Source of the DNA: a virus
Taxonomy: Duplodnaviria; Caudoviricetes
IMG/VR virus record: IMGVR_UViG_3300027868_000010
Location: 1 to 54,626 of that record
Direction: 5' to 3' (one strand)
DNA length: 54,626 nucleotides
Part shown: piece after piece, positions 28,589 through 38,698 of the stretch
Numbering within the stretch: position 1 is the first letter of the stretch
Layout: each line of letters starts with the position of its first letter
Notes under the pieces: generated by a model
What the model was told of the DNA's origin: nothing
Database searches by the model: none
Seen by the model: only the letters and a program-made list of their open reading frames with translations
Made by a program: the position numbers and the translations under genes

Positions 28589-30559
28589 ATGAAAATGGTC
28601 AGTACCAGAGCCAATATCATCACCCGCAGGACATATAATAGGCCAATCGACGAAGAAAATGGTGTTTTCGAGACGTGGGAACAAACCATCCACCGAGTGA
28701 CCTGTCATCAGGAGTGGTTGTGGCGTCGAGCGAAGGGTCGAGAGCTTGGCGTGAAAGAAAATAATGAGTTGGAAGATCTTCGAGACCTGATGCTCGACCG
28801 CAAGGCATCCGTCTCCGGTCGCACCCTCTGGCTTGGCGGCACCGACGTGTCGAAGAAGCGCGAGGCCTCGCAGTTCAATTGCGCCCACCTGAAAGTAGAG
28901 ACGGTTCACGACATGGTCGACGTGCTCTGGCTCTTGCTCCAGGGGTGTGGTGTAGGGGCGACGCCGGTCGCCGGAACTCTCAACGGCTTCAACAATCCGA
29001 TGGAAGTCGATATCATTTATTCAGATCGAACCGAGAAAGGTGGCAACGATGAGAACGTGGAAGAGTGGGATGCAGAGAACCGAGTCTGGACTGTTCGTAT
29101 TGGCGATAGCGCAGAGGCTTGGGCGAAGTCGATTGGCAAACTTCTTGCGGGGAAGTACCCTGCTCATCGTATTGTTCTCGACTTTTCTGAGCTTCGTCCT
29201 TCTGGGCTTCGTCTATCCGGTTATGGCTGGGTATCATCTGGTGACAAGGCGATTTCTGTCGCCTACAAAGCAATTTGTGAAATCCTCTCGCGCAAAGCGG
29301 GACAACTCTTAGACAGGCATAACATTCATGACATCCTCAACTGGCTTGGGACGATACTTAGCTCGCGCCGCTCGAGCGAGATCGTCCTATATCCCCACGG
29401 CGAACTCGGATGGCGACACTTCGCTCAATTCAAAAAAGACTTCTGGCTCCATGACAACCAACACCGCCAGCAGTCAAACAACTCCCTTCTGTTCGGTCGG
29501 AAGCCCACCGAGGACGAACTAAAAGAAGTCTTCGAAATGATGATCGAGGCAGGGGGAACTGAACCCGGCTTCATCAATGCGGCGGCGGCTATCCTGCGGG
29601 CCCCGTGGTTCGCGGGCGTCAACCCGTGCGGAGAAATCCTCCTGGCGAACAAGTCGTTCTGTAATCTGGTCGAGGTCAACGTGTCCGCGTTCATGAACGA
29701 CCCGGTGGGTCTGCGGCGTGCGATGTACATCATGGGCAGGGCGAACTACCGGCAGACGTGCGTCGACCTTCGTGACGGCATCCTCCAGTCAGCTTGGCAT
29801 GAGAACAATGAATTCCTGCGGCTCTGCGGCGTCGGTCTTACGGGTGTAACAGGGCGTCCCGATCTGACACCATACGACTTTGGTGTTCTGCGGAATAATG
29901 CGACGCTTGGGACGTATAGTATGGCTGATGATCTCGGTCTGCCGCGTCCCAAGCTGACCACCACGATCAAGCCGAGTGGAACCCTGGGTAAGATCATGGA
30001 CGCGGAGGGCGAGGGCGCACACAAACCGCCGGGCCGCTACATGTTCAACAACGTCAAGATCGGGTCGCACGATCCGCTGATCCCGAAACTCGAGGCGTCG
30101 GGCTATCACGTGTTCGACAGCCCCAACCCCACCGACACCGACACCAAGATCGTGGCGTTCCCTGTCAAATATGACAACAGCGTGTTCACGATGCGCGACG
30201 GCATGGAGGTCAACGACGAGAGCGCGGTCGATCAGCTTGAACGATACAAGATGCTCATGAACCACTACGTGGATCACAACTGTTCCATCACGGTCAGCTA
30301 CCACGACCAGGAAGTCCCGGCGATCATCCGCTGGCTACTGGACAACTGGGACAGCTATGTGGGTGTCTCATTCATGCCCCGCATTGATCCCACGGTGAGC
30401 GCCGCCGACATCGGCTACGCCTATCTCCCCCAGGAGGTCGTGACCAAGGAACGGTACGAGCAATACGTTGACAGTCTACAACCTGTATTTATCGACGAAG
30501 ATACAGGCTCTGCCCTGGTCGACGAAGATTGTGAAAATGGCTTCTGCCCCGTAAGATAA
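28589..30559 (+). CDS. nrdJ: Class II (adenosylcobalamin-dependent) ribonucleotide reductase
   Basis: SGRTLWLGG, QFNC, GVNPCGEILL, TTIKPSGT, HNCSITV, YLPQE, C-terminal CENGFCPVR; no NrdB partner. Confidence 0.92.
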   Translation: MKMVSTRANIITRRTYNRPIDEENGVFETWEQTIHRVTCHQEWLWRRAKGRELGVKENNELEDLRDLMLDRKASVSGRTLWLGGTDVSKKREASQFNCAHLKVETVHDMVDVLWLLLQGCGVGATPVAGTLNGFNNPMEVDIIYSDRTEKGGNDENVEEWDAENRVWTVRIGDSAEAWAKSIGKLLAGKYPAHRIVLDFSELRPSGLRLSGYGWVSSGDKAISVAYKAICEILSRKAGQLLDRHNIHDILNWLGTILSSRRSSEIVLYPHGELGWRHFAQFKKDFWLHDNQHRQQSNNSLLFGRKPTEDELKEVFEMMIEAGGTEPGFINAAAAILRAPWFAGVNPCGEILLANKSFCNLVEVNVSAFMNDPVGLRRAMYIMGRANYRQTCVDLRDGILQSAWHENNEFLRLCGVGLTGVTGRPDLTPYDFGVLRNNATLGTYSMADDLGLPRPKLTTTIKPSGTLGKIMDAEGEGAHKPPGRYMFNNVKIGSHDPLIPKLEASGYHVFDSPNPTDTDTKIVAFPVKYDNSVFTMRDGMEVNDESAVDQLERYKMLMNHYVDHNCSITVSYHDQEVPAIIRWLLDNWDSYVGVSFMPRIDPTVSAADIGYAYLPQEVVTKERYEQYVDSLQPVFIDEDTGSALVDEDCENGFCPVR

Positions 30560-30562
30560 TGT

Positions 30563-30590
30563 TTGACGCCGGTTCGAAACGTGATATACT
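30563..30590 (+). promoter_or_regulatory. Sigma70-like promoter for the replication genes
   Basis: TTGACG-16-TATACT with extended TG. Confidence 0.6.
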
Positions 30591-30599
30591 AAAAGAGAT

Positions 30600-30631
30600 A
30601 AAAAAAGGGGGGGTGTAGCCGCACCCTCCCC
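30600..30631 (-). terminator. Terminator-like hairpin oriented on the minus strand
   Basis: AAAAAAA-GGGGGGGTG-tagccg-CACCCTCCCC. Confidence 0.5.
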
Positions 30632-30653
30632 AACTTCCAAAATTCTAAGGAAA

Positions 30654-30833
30654 ATGGATATGTTTGGCGAATACAAGATCACAAAAGAAATGTCACGAGA
30701 GATATTCTCTGACGAAAACCTTATACGAATGGACATGACGAATTCGTATGGTTTAATCAGCAACACCTTCGACAGGGCGGATGATATCGTTGCCGAAATT
30801 AGGCACGAGATCGAGGTTCACGGCACGGTCTAA
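30654..30833 (+). CDS. Hypothetical protein (59 aa, not in the ORF track)
   Basis: TAAGGA SD; MDMFGEYKITKEMSREIFSDENL... Confidence 0.55.
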   Translation: MDMFGEYKITKEMSREIFSDENLIRMDMTNSYGLISNTFDRADDIVAEIRHEIEVHGTV

Positions 30834-30850
30834 TCCTCAAGGGGCACTCC

Positions 30851-32641
30851 ATGACTACCGTAGAAATGCACGGTACGAGCCTATTGGTTCGTCCGCCGAA
30901 CGACGAAGTTTCCTATCGCAAGGCGCTGACCCTGCCCGAGAAACGCTGGCACAAGAGCAAGCAGGGGTGGGTCTGCAAGCCTATATTTAGCAACATGAAT
31001 GCCATCTATGGTATATGGCCTGACGCCAAGTGGAACCTTGACTGCTGGGAACTTTTTCTCACGGCCAAGCACGAGGAAGAGCTTCGCCAGAAGACGCTCG
31101 ACAGCAAGGAAGAATTCGACTTCACCCTGCTCGCCAAGACCCCATTCAAATACGAGCCGATGATCCACCAGATGAAGGCGCTGCTGCTGGGCAGGGACAT
31201 GCCCTACTTCGCATACCTCATGGACCAAGGCACCGGCAAGACCAAGGTCACCATCGACGACGCGGCTCACAACTACCGTGAGGATCGCATCGAAGCCATG
31301 CTGGTGGTCGCTCCCAACTCAGTCAAGACGAACTGGGTCATGTGGGAATGCCACAAGGAAGAAGAGGGCGATATGGATGCTCTCGAGGATCATATGGCAC
31401 CTGACATCGACGTCGTGAAAGGCGTGTGGATCAGCCAACCAAACAGGGACGAAAAAGCAGAATGGAAAGCGTTCGAGAGAGAGATCACGAGGCTGGTGAA
31501 CCTTCCCAAGGGAACCAAGAAACCTCTTGTTGTTTTGTCGGTCAATATCGATGCCCTGAATGTCGCCCGCTGCTACGACTTCTTACTACAATTCGTTACC
31601 GCTTTCAGAACGATGATCTCTGTGGACGAGAGCACGCGCATAAAAAACAGGTCAAGCAAGCGTACCAAAGCGGCGATGAAGCTGCGCGCCAAGTGTCCCA
31701 TCGCAAGAATTCTAAGCGGCACGCCCATTATCAAGAACCCCTTAAACAGTTTCGCCCAGTTCGGGTTCCTCTCCGCAGATATTCTGGGCTACGGAAACTT
31801 CTATTCCTTTCGTAATCGCTACGCCACCATGGGTGGGTTCAAGGACAAGCAGGTCATGTCCTACAAGAACCTGGACGAACTGTCCGACAAGATTGCTTCC
31901 TGCTCATACCGCGTGCTCAAGAAAGACTGCCTCGACCTGCCGCCCCAGGTATATAAGAAACGCCGCGTCACTCTCAAGCCGGCGCAGCTGAAAGCCTACA
32001 AGGAAATGCAGGTTCAACTTTATACGGAGTGGAAAGATGACCGCATCGAAGCCCCCATCGTCCTCACACAATTGCTCTTGTTCCAAGAAATCGTCGGAGG
32101 ATACCTCCCGATCATCGAAGGTGGAGAGCGAGTTGGAACTTATGAACTCGTCAAGCCAAAAGAGAACCCAAAATTTTCCGAGGTCATTGACATTCTGGCA
32201 GAGGCGGGCGATCAACAGGCGGTGATCTGGTCTCGGTTCATTCCAGAGATCGATGGCTTGGCTGATTATATGGCTGGCCTTGGAATGAACGTCAGAAAGT
32301 TCTATGGCGGCACGAAAGAACGTGATAGAATTAGTATACGCAAGGCGTTCGCACGCGGTGAGATTGACTACATCGTGGCAAACCCAGCAGCCGGGGGAAT
32401 AGGCATTGACGAATTTAAAGTGGCGGCAGTCAGTATATACCTATCAAACGATTTCGATACGGAGAAGCGTGTCCAGTCCGAGGATCGACAGCACCGGATC
32501 GGATCGGAGATACACGACGCCATTACCTATTGGGATATTATTGCGCCCAACACGGTCGACGTGAAGATCATCCGCACGATGCGGAACGACGTCGAGATTT
32601 CAACACAAGTTATGAGAGACGGATGGAAGGCTTGGATTTAG
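30851..32641 (+). CDS. SNF2-family (SF2) helicase
   Basis: MDQGTGKT, VDESTRIKN, LSGTP, AGGIGI, QSEDRQHRIG. Confidence 0.92.
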   Translation: MTTVEMHGTSLLVRPPNDEVSYRKALTLPEKRWHKSKQGWVCKPIFSNMNAIYGIWPDAKWNLDCWELFLTAKHEEELRQKTLDSKEEFDFTLLAKTPFKYEPMIHQMKALLLGRDMPYFAYLMDQGTGKTKVTIDDAAHNYREDRIEAMLVVAPNSVKTNWVMWECHKEEEGDMDALEDHMAPDIDVVKGVWISQPNRDEKAEWKAFEREITRLVNLPKGTKKPLVVLSVNIDALNVARCYDFLLQFVTAFRTMISVDESTRIKNRSSKRTKAAMKLRAKCPIARILSGTPIIKNPLNSFAQFGFLSADILGYGNFYSFRNRYATMGGFKDKQVMSYKNLDELSDKIASCSYRVLKKDCLDLPPQVYKKRRVTLKPAQLKAYKEMQVQLYTEWKDDRIEAPIVLTQLLLFQEIVGGYLPIIEGGERVGTYELVKPKENPKFSEVIDILAEAGDQQAVIWSRFIPEIDGLADYMAGLGMNVRKFYGGTKERDRISIRKAFARGEIDYIVANPAAGGIGIDEFKVAAVSIYLSNDFDTEKRVQSEDRQHRIGSEIHDAITYWDIIAPNTVDVKIIRTMRNDVEISTQVMRDGWKAWI

Positions 32642-32782
32642 ATGGCAAAGAAAACTACATCGATCATGAAGCACAACTCGCAACCTCACCGTCGCACGAG
32701 CATCGGCAAGTCAGCCAACTCGCGCGTCATCCATAAGTCCAAGTCGCGGGCACACTCCAGCTACAGGGGTCAGGGCAAATGA
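32642..32782 (+). CDS. Small basic protein ending in YRGQGK (46 aa, not in the ORF track)
   Basis: MAKKTTSIMKHNSQPHRRTSIGKSANSRVIHKSKSRAHSSYRGQGK; fills the gap exactly, ATGA overlap with the next gene. Confidence 0.65.
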   Translation: MAKKTTSIMKHNSQPHRRTSIGKSANSRVIHKSKSRAHSSYRGQGK

Positions 32783-32976
32783 GCGAACATGCATTTCCAA
32801 CCCATTTCGAAAACGACGAACACGGACTGTCGAAGCGTGAATACTTTGCCGCGCTGGCGATGCACGCCATCATAATCACGGAGAAGGGTGAGTGTGGGTC
32901 TACCCAGGTCGCCACGTGGGCATTCGTCCAGGCCGATGCAATGATCGCTGAAACGGAGAAACAAAATGAAACATGA
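32779..32976 (+). CDS. Conserved small phage protein
   Basis: AFP...GLSKREYFAALAMHA...QADAMI pattern. Confidence 0.7.
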   Translation: MSEHAFPTHFENDEHGLSKREYFAALAMHAIIITEKGECGSTQVATWAFVQADAMIAETEKQNET

Positions 32977-33811
32977 AGTTCTCGATCACGGCTACGTCTT
33001 ATACGTGGACCACATGGGCACCGATGCCGACATTGTGAAGGCGGCACGTGTATCGTATGCCGGTGACGTCGGTCACACAAGCGACGACATAAAGGACCGC
33101 CGGCTGATCCGTCGCCTCATGCACGACCACCACACGTCGCCGTTCGAAATGTGTGAACTGAAACTCGAAATGAAAATGCCGATCTTCGTAGCCCGTCAAT
33201 GGGTGCGGCACCGGACGGCGAGCCTCAACGAGATCAGCGCACGCTACACCGTGGTCGACGACGAAATGTTCCTGCCCGAAGAGTGGGCAAAACAATCGAC
33301 CGACAACAAGCAGGGGCGTTCCGACGAAGTCATCGACAACAACGCATATTATAATGGGGCGGCATCATACGTCCATGAAGCTGCGTTCGCGGCATATAAT
33401 AAGCTCTTGAAACATAGCGTGAGCCGGGAGTTGGCACGCACTGTCCTGCCGGTCGCCACCTATACCCGGTGGGTCTGGAAGATGGACCTTCACAATCTGC
33501 TCCACCTGTTGAAGCTTCGCACCGATCCGCACGCTCAGTTCGAGACGCGCGAGTACGCCAACGCGATCTATATGATCTGCCAGGAGTTATGGCCCATCAC
33601 TATGGAAGCGTTCAACGACTACGTCATGGGTGCCTACACCCTGACACGTCACGAGATCGACATCGTCAAGCTGTTGATCAAGGGTGTCGATGACCGTGAG
33701 GGTCGCCAGAACCGTGATAAGATAATGAAAAATCTCTCTCGTATCTATCTCGACGGCGGAACGATGACCCCTACGGAGTTCACACAATTCAGAAAGAGGT
33801 TTGAGATATGA
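32966..33811 (+). CDS. thyX: Flavin-dependent thymidylate synthase
   Basis: AARVSY, HTSPFE, PIFVARQWVRHRTASLNEISARY, LRTDPHAQFETR. Confidence 0.96.
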   Translation: MKHEVLDHGYVLYVDHMGTDADIVKAARVSYAGDVGHTSDDIKDRRLIRRLMHDHHTSPFEMCELKLEMKMPIFVARQWVRHRTASLNEISARYTVVDDEMFLPEEWAKQSTDNKQGRSDEVIDNNAYYNGAASYVHEAAFAAYNKLLKHSVSRELARTVLPVATYTRWVWKMDLHNLLHLLKLRTDPHAQFETREYANAIYMICQELWPITMEAFNDYVMGAYTLTRHEIDIVKLLIKGVDDREGRQNRDKIMKNLSRIYLDGGTMTPTEFTQFRKRFEI

Positions 33812-34203
33812 GTAAGATGACAGAAATGGGTCAGGAGCTTCGGACCCTCAAGGATCGCAAGGAAGCCTTGGCCGAGGAAGAGAAGGCAGTCAACAGGCGC
33901 ATCAAGGCGCTGACCGAGCACGAGCTTCCGGAATACATGGAAGATAACGAAATCGACAAGATCACTATCGACGGCGTGGGCACAATCTACATTCAGAATA
34001 ATGTGTATGCCAGCGTCTTATCGGAAGACCGCGAAGCACTCTATATGTATCTTCGCGAGACGGGCAACGAGTCACTGGTCGTGGACTATGTGTTTCCTGC
34101 CACCCTGAAAGCGTTCTGCAAGGAACAGCTTAACAACGGTCAGCCTGTACCCGCCGTGGTCAAGGCTCACTACGTCCCCACCGCAATGTTACGGAGAAAA
34201 TAA
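33808..34203 (+). CDS. Conserved phage replication-module protein
   Basis: Coiled coil, ELPEYM, VFPATLKAFCKE; typical neighbour of phage ssDNA-binding genes. Confidence 0.65.
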   Translation: MSKMTEMGQELRTLKDRKEALAEEEKAVNRRIKALTEHELPEYMEDNEIDKITIDGVGTIYIQNNVYASVLSEDREALYMYLRETGNESLVVDYVFPATLKAFCKEQLNNGQPVPAVVKAHYVPTAMLRRK

Positions 34204-34205
34204 TC

Positions 34206-35045
34206 ATGGCTACCAATAAATCAGAAGTCGCAGTTCTCGACACCAATCTGCCGGCGTATATGCAGGACTACAAGGGCCCGACCGGCACCGAGGATATCGA
34301 TATCGAGGATATCACAATCCCGCGCATCAAGTTGGCCCAGGGTCTGTCTCCCGAAGTCACGGCGGGCACCGTGAAGCTTGGATCGTTATTCCTCAACGTG
34401 ACCGGAGAAGTCCTTGCAGAACCCGGCGAAGACCTCGCCATGATCTGCGTTGCACGCTCGAAGGAATTCATTCTCTGGCAGGACCGTCAGTTCGACGGCG
34501 GCGGCATCCTGGCGCGAGCGCATAAGGTCACCGTCAATGGCGAGACCCGATACGAATGGGACAAGCAGGGGCAGACGTTCGAGAACAAGATCAAGGGTAT
34601 CCTGCCCGTGACCTGGAAGACGCTCCGCTACGTGGACGAGAACAAGATGGATAAGTTCGGGTCCGCGAACATCAACGATCCCGATAGCCATCCGGCAGCG
34701 ACGGCTCACCACAATTTTGTGGTCGTCTTACCGAACCACGACAATCTCGTCGCGGCGATCAGCCTGTCCAACTCCCAGGTCAAGCGGGCCAAGGATTGGA
34801 ACTTCATGCTCAATAGCGGCGGACAACCGATCTTCATCAAAGAGTTCCTATGCAAGTCTGTCGAGGAAGTCAACAAGGCCGGTGATGAATTCCGGAACCT
34901 GGACTTCAAGCCGAATGGGTTCATAGAGAAGGATGTTAAACTTTTCACCGAGAAGATGTTCCTGCAATTCATCGGGACCGGCTTCTCCGTCGATCAGTCC
35001 GACGTCGGTGCCGACGCAGCCTCTGGCGACAGCGGCAAGTTCTAA
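34206..35045 (+). CDS. Putative ssDNA-binding/annealing protein
   Basis: EDITIPRIKLAQGLSPEV, SNSQVKRAKDWN, acidic tail ending in F. Confidence 0.6.
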   Translation: MATNKSEVAVLDTNLPAYMQDYKGPTGTEDIDIEDITIPRIKLAQGLSPEVTAGTVKLGSLFLNVTGEVLAEPGEDLAMICVARSKEFILWQDRQFDGGGILARAHKVTVNGETRYEWDKQGQTFENKIKGILPVTWKTLRYVDENKMDKFGSANINDPDSHPAATAHHNFVVVLPNHDNLVAAISLSNSQVKRAKDWNFMLNSGGQPIFIKEFLCKSVEEVNKAGDEFRNLDFKPNGFIEKDVKLFTEKMFLQFIGTGFSVDQSDVGADAASGDSGKF

Positions 35046-36556
35046 TGCGTCAGTTCCATGAGTTGTTCGTCGGACGGACGGACGCCTATGGAACCTATGC
35101 TCTCCCCAAGGGACAGACTGCCAAGCGTGGCACGAAGTTCCTTGGGAAGGCGCAGACGATACGGAATGGAAATCTCACGGTCGAGAACTACCGTGAACAT
35201 GTGAGGGGTGAAGTCGGTCTCGGCATCGTCCCGATCATTCCCAAAGTGAACACCGTCTCGTGGTTCGTGATAGACGTCGACAAGTACGGGGAAGATGATC
35301 TCCACGGCTCTCTTGCCAAGATGATCAACGCCCTCAACCTGCCACTCGTGGTTTGCAAGAGCAAGTCGGGCGGCGCGCACCTATATTGCTTCCTGACTGA
35401 ACCCGCCCCGGCGGCTGATGTCCTGGGAGTTGCGAGGAAGTTTGCCAAGAAATTAAAACTCGATCCCAAAGTTGAAATCTTCCCCAAGCAGGATAGCATC
35501 AGTTCGAATGATGCTGGCTCGTGGATCAATCTCCCGTACTTCGGAGAGACACGCCCCTGCATGGGTGCGGACGGTCACACCGAACTGACGCTAAAAGAAT
35601 TCGTTCTGTTCGTTCACGAGCGCGAGGTCGACCCATCTGACCTGGACGTGCGCGTCAGTGAAATGGATCACCGCGTCGATGACCACGGGTCAAAGGCACC
35701 GCCATGTATCGACCGCTTCATTGAAGACGGTATCGAAGAGGGCGGTCGCGACAACGCATTGACGCACGTCTCGGTCTACATGAAGAAAAGATATCCGGAC
35801 GACTGGCAGGACCGGGTCGCTGAGTTTAACGCGTCGCATATAACGCCAGAGCTTAAGTTCAACGAGGTCTCTCGCATCATCAAGGGAGCGGAGCGGCGTG
35901 ACTATCAGTATCTGTGCAAGCAGCAGCCCATGTGTGCGGTGTGCGACAAGGACGCATGCCTTAAGCGTGAGTTCGGTGTCGGCTCCGGTGAGGGTAGCAC
36001 GCTCGACGACTTCACAATCGACAGCCTTCGGAAGATCGAAACGGAAGACCCGATCTGGGTCATCGTGATCGATGGTATCCCGATCAGTCTCAAGACTGAC
36101 ATCATCTTCAACTATCCTGCGTTTCGCATGGAGTTCTTCAAGCGGTGCAACCGCGTACTAAAAGCTATGAAACCAGAAGACTGGAAGGCGATCATCAATG
36201 AGGCGGCGGACAGCTGTGAGGTTGAGCGCGCCCCGGCAATCGTCGGAGAGAGCGGACAGATACGTCACCACTTCATGGAGTGGGTTGGACAGGCACTGCG
36301 CGGTTCCGATCCCAACATGATCCTCGACGGCAATCCGATCTACCGTGAGAAAGAACTATCGTTCCGTGGCACGGACTTCATCAGCTACCTCAAGCGCACC
36401 GGGGGCAGGTATGAAGATCGCATGGTGTGGCAGGTCATGAATGAGGATGGAGCAGAGACAACTTCGGAAGAGATCAAGGGAACCAAGCGTCAGCTATGGA
36501 CGTACCCTGTTGGAGAGCCGTGGTTCGACCTGCCTGATACTGGAGATAAATTCTAA
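35045..36556 (+). CDS. AEP-family primase-polymerase with PriCT domain
   Basis: FVIDVD, SKSGGAHLY, EIFPKQ, WINLPYFG, PPCI, EGGRDNAL, YLCKQQPMCAVCDKDAC. Confidence 0.85.
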   Translation: MRQFHELFVGRTDAYGTYALPKGQTAKRGTKFLGKAQTIRNGNLTVENYREHVRGEVGLGIVPIIPKVNTVSWFVIDVDKYGEDDLHGSLAKMINALNLPLVVCKSKSGGAHLYCFLTEPAPAADVLGVARKFAKKLKLDPKVEIFPKQDSISSNDAGSWINLPYFGETRPCMGADGHTELTLKEFVLFVHEREVDPSDLDVRVSEMDHRVDDHGSKAPPCIDRFIEDGIEEGGRDNALTHVSVYMKKRYPDDWQDRVAEFNASHITPELKFNEVSRIIKGAERRDYQYLCKQQPMCAVCDKDACLKREFGVGSGEGSTLDDFTIDSLRKIETEDPIWVIVIDGIPISLKTDIIFNYPAFRMEFFKRCNRVLKAMKPEDWKAIINEAADSCEVERAPAIVGESGQIRHHFMEWVGQALRGSDPNMILDGNPIYREKELSFRGTDFISYLKRTGGRYEDRMVWQVMNEDGAETTSEEIKGTKRQLWTYPVGEPWFDLPDTGDKF

Positions 36557-36957
36557 TGAAGTGTCCCATCTGCGAGATCGAAGGGGGCGAAGACTTCCTA
36601 CCGTGCGGCGTCGCACCGCGCTACTACGTCACCGAGTGGGGATATATCATGGGGATCATCTTTGGGTGTCCATTAGAACCCCCGAAGACACCCGATTATC
36701 TACCCTATGATATCCTCCCCCGCATGCCGGTAGTGGATCGGATCAAACTGGAAGAGAACGCGAAGGAGCACATCGATGCCAAAAGTTATCAAGATTTATG
36801 GTCCGCCAGGAACGGGCAAAACTACCACCTTAATTTCGATGCTCAAGAACGTCTTGGAGTCTGGTGTGCAGCCAATTCGGGTAGCATACATAACTCATAC
36901 CGTAGCCGCGTGCGAAGAAGCAAAAACGCGCGTCGTCGACGATCTCGGTCTCGCTAA
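36556..36957 (+). CDS. Hypothetical protein whose 3' part overlaps the UvrD-like gene
   Basis: TAATG coupling to the primase, CPIC motif; 182-nt overlap. Confidence 0.4.
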   Translation: MKCPICEIEGGEDFLPCGVAPRYYVTEWGYIMGIIFGCPLEPPKTPDYLPYDILPRMPVVDRIKLEENAKEHIDAKSYQDLWSARNGQNYHLNFDAQERLGVWCAANSGSIHNSYRSRVRRSKNARRRRSRSR

Positions 36958-38326
36958 GAACCAGATGAAATGGTTCCGCACGATCCACAGTACGTGCTGC
37001 GGCATGGCAGGGATCACTCGGAATGAAAGTCTGTCTCGCCAGGACTATCGTGACTTCGAACGCGACACGGGCTACACCCTCAAGGGTGCTGTCGGTGATG
37101 ACGTCGAGTCGTCCGAGGTCGAGACCTATGACATCGTCATCATGGCGGACCAGATCGCGAAGGGATCAGGCGTCCCCCTGCGAGAGGTCACGTCGCAAAT
37201 TAAGTTCTCCCCCAAGCTGACCAACCCGGAGCTATTCCTCGAGGCCTATCACCAGTGGAAGAAAGACCACGGCAAGCTCGACTTCACTGACATGCTCTTG
37301 GAGTATGCCAACGGAGACTATCCCGCTGGTCCGGTCGACGTGGTGTTCGTTGACGAGGCGCAGGATTTGTCGAAGCTGCAATGGAGCATTGTCAATAAGT
37401 TATCCGCAGATGCGGATACCTTATACCTTGCCGGGGATGACGACCAAGCCATCTATAAATTCCTGGGCGCTGACGAGTTCGGCTTCCTCGACTATCCCTC
37501 CGACGAGGATGTTGTCCTCGACTATTCGTTCCGCGTACCGAAAGAGATCGGGGAAGTCGCCGATAAAATCATTCAACAGGTCGGTCGGCGCAAAGAGAAA
37601 GAGGTCACGTGGAAGGCACCGAAGGCTGGAGAATACCGCGGGGATATTACCGTCTACCAAAAAGACCCGTTCTATCTGCCTTGGAAAGACTGGGCTGCGT
37701 CGGGCGAGGAAGTGATGGTACTCACGCGGCACGTGCGACAGGGCAGGGAGGTCTCTCGACAGCTGAGCGCCCAGCACATACCTCACACCCTCAAAGGGAA
37801 GTGTCTGGCGACGGAGCCGATGGGTATCAACATCGGAACCTACCTTTACATGACACGCCTCGCCGGGAAGTTCCGCCCTGCTGTCGTGGCTCGCATGCTC
37901 AAGGCCATCGGTGACAGTACCCAGGCGAAGCGTATTCAAGACATGGGCGTGTCGGATCGTAAGATTATGATCGGGCAACGAGACATCACCTTCCCCGAGA
38001 CAGATGATTGGCCCAAGTTATTTAGCAGTGATCGCTATGTCCTTCGAGACATTCAATCACTGCGCGATCAGGTCAACGAGTACGGCATTGAAATCATTGG
38101 TAAAAAGCCACTGATCGATGTCAGCACGTATCACGGTTCGAAGGGTCGTGAGGCGGACACGGTGGTCCTGTACACCGACTGCTACAGGCAAACAGATGAA
38201 GATCAGCGCAAGAAACCTGACGACGAACGGCGCGTGGCATATGTTGGTTTGACGCGCGCCAGGAAAAATGCTATAATTATTTCACCCCAAACGAACATGT
38301 ACATTCGGGCACTCGTACATATTTAG
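36776..38326 (+). CDS. UvrD/Rep-like SF1 helicase
   Basis: GPPGTGKT, FRTIHS, VDEAQDLS, GDDDQAIY, STYHGSKGRE, YVGLTRAR. Confidence 0.92.
   Translation: MPKVIKIYGPPGTGKTTTLISMLKNVLESGVQPIRVAYITHTVAACEEAKTRVVDDLGLAKNQMKWFRTIHSTCCGMAGITRNESLSRQDYRDFERDTGYTLKGAVGDDVESSEVETYDIVIMADQIAKGSGVPLREVTSQIKFSPKLTNPELFLEAYHQWKKDHGKLDFTDMLLEYANGDYPAGPVDVVFVDEAQDLSKLQWSIVNKLSADADTLYLAGDDDQAIYKFLGADEFGFLDYPSDEDVVLDYSFRVPKEIGEVADKIIQQVGRRKEKEVTWKAPKAGEYRGDITVYQKDPFYLPWKDWAASGEEVMVLTRHVRQGREVSRQLSAQHIPHTLKGKCLATEPMGINIGTYLYMTRLAGKFRPAVVARMLKAIGDSTQAKRIQDMGVSDRKIMIGQRDITFPETDDWPKLFSSDRYVLRDIQSLRDQVNEYGIEIIGKKPLIDVSTYHGSKGREADTVVLYTDCYRQTDEDQRKKPDDERRVAYVGLTRARKNAIIISPQTNMYIRALVHI
38249..38277 (+). promoter_or_regulatory. 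Near-consensus sigma70 promoter inside the 3' end of the helicase gene
   Basis: TTGACG-17-TATAAT with extended TG. Confidence 0.7.
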
Positions 38327-38335
38327 GAGCACATC

Positions 38336-38698
38336 ATGCAATCTCTACCTCACGAAAATTTGAAAGACGATGTCGCAGATGAATGGTTCGATCACGTCAT
38401 GTCTGATTACAAACAGTTCGTTGATCGTGGCGTCAAGCTTCTCTATGACGACGAGCGTGAGCGTCTTGGTCTCGGAGCACTTGGCATGGTTTGCGAGGCT
38501 GGCGAGGCAGGGGACATCCTCAAGAAACATATCTTCCACGGCGTCGAACTCGACCGCGACGGTCTGGTCAAGGAACTGGGAGACGTGCTCTGGTATTTCA
38601 CCCTGATACTCAACACCACCGGCATCACCCTGGACGAAGTGGTCGACAAGAACGTCGACAAGCTGGTCTCCCGGTATCCGGATAACCACAGTGCGTAG
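38336..38698 (+). CDS. MazG-like nucleotide pyrophosphohydrolase
   Basis: GMVCEAGEAGDILKK, KELGDVLWY, NVDKLVSRYP. Confidence 0.88.
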   Translation: MQSLPHENLKDDVADEWFDHVMSDYKQFVDRGVKLLYDDERERLGLGALGMVCEAGEAGDILKKHIFHGVELDRDGLVKELGDVLWYFTLILNTTGITLDEVVDKNVDKLVSRYPDNHSA

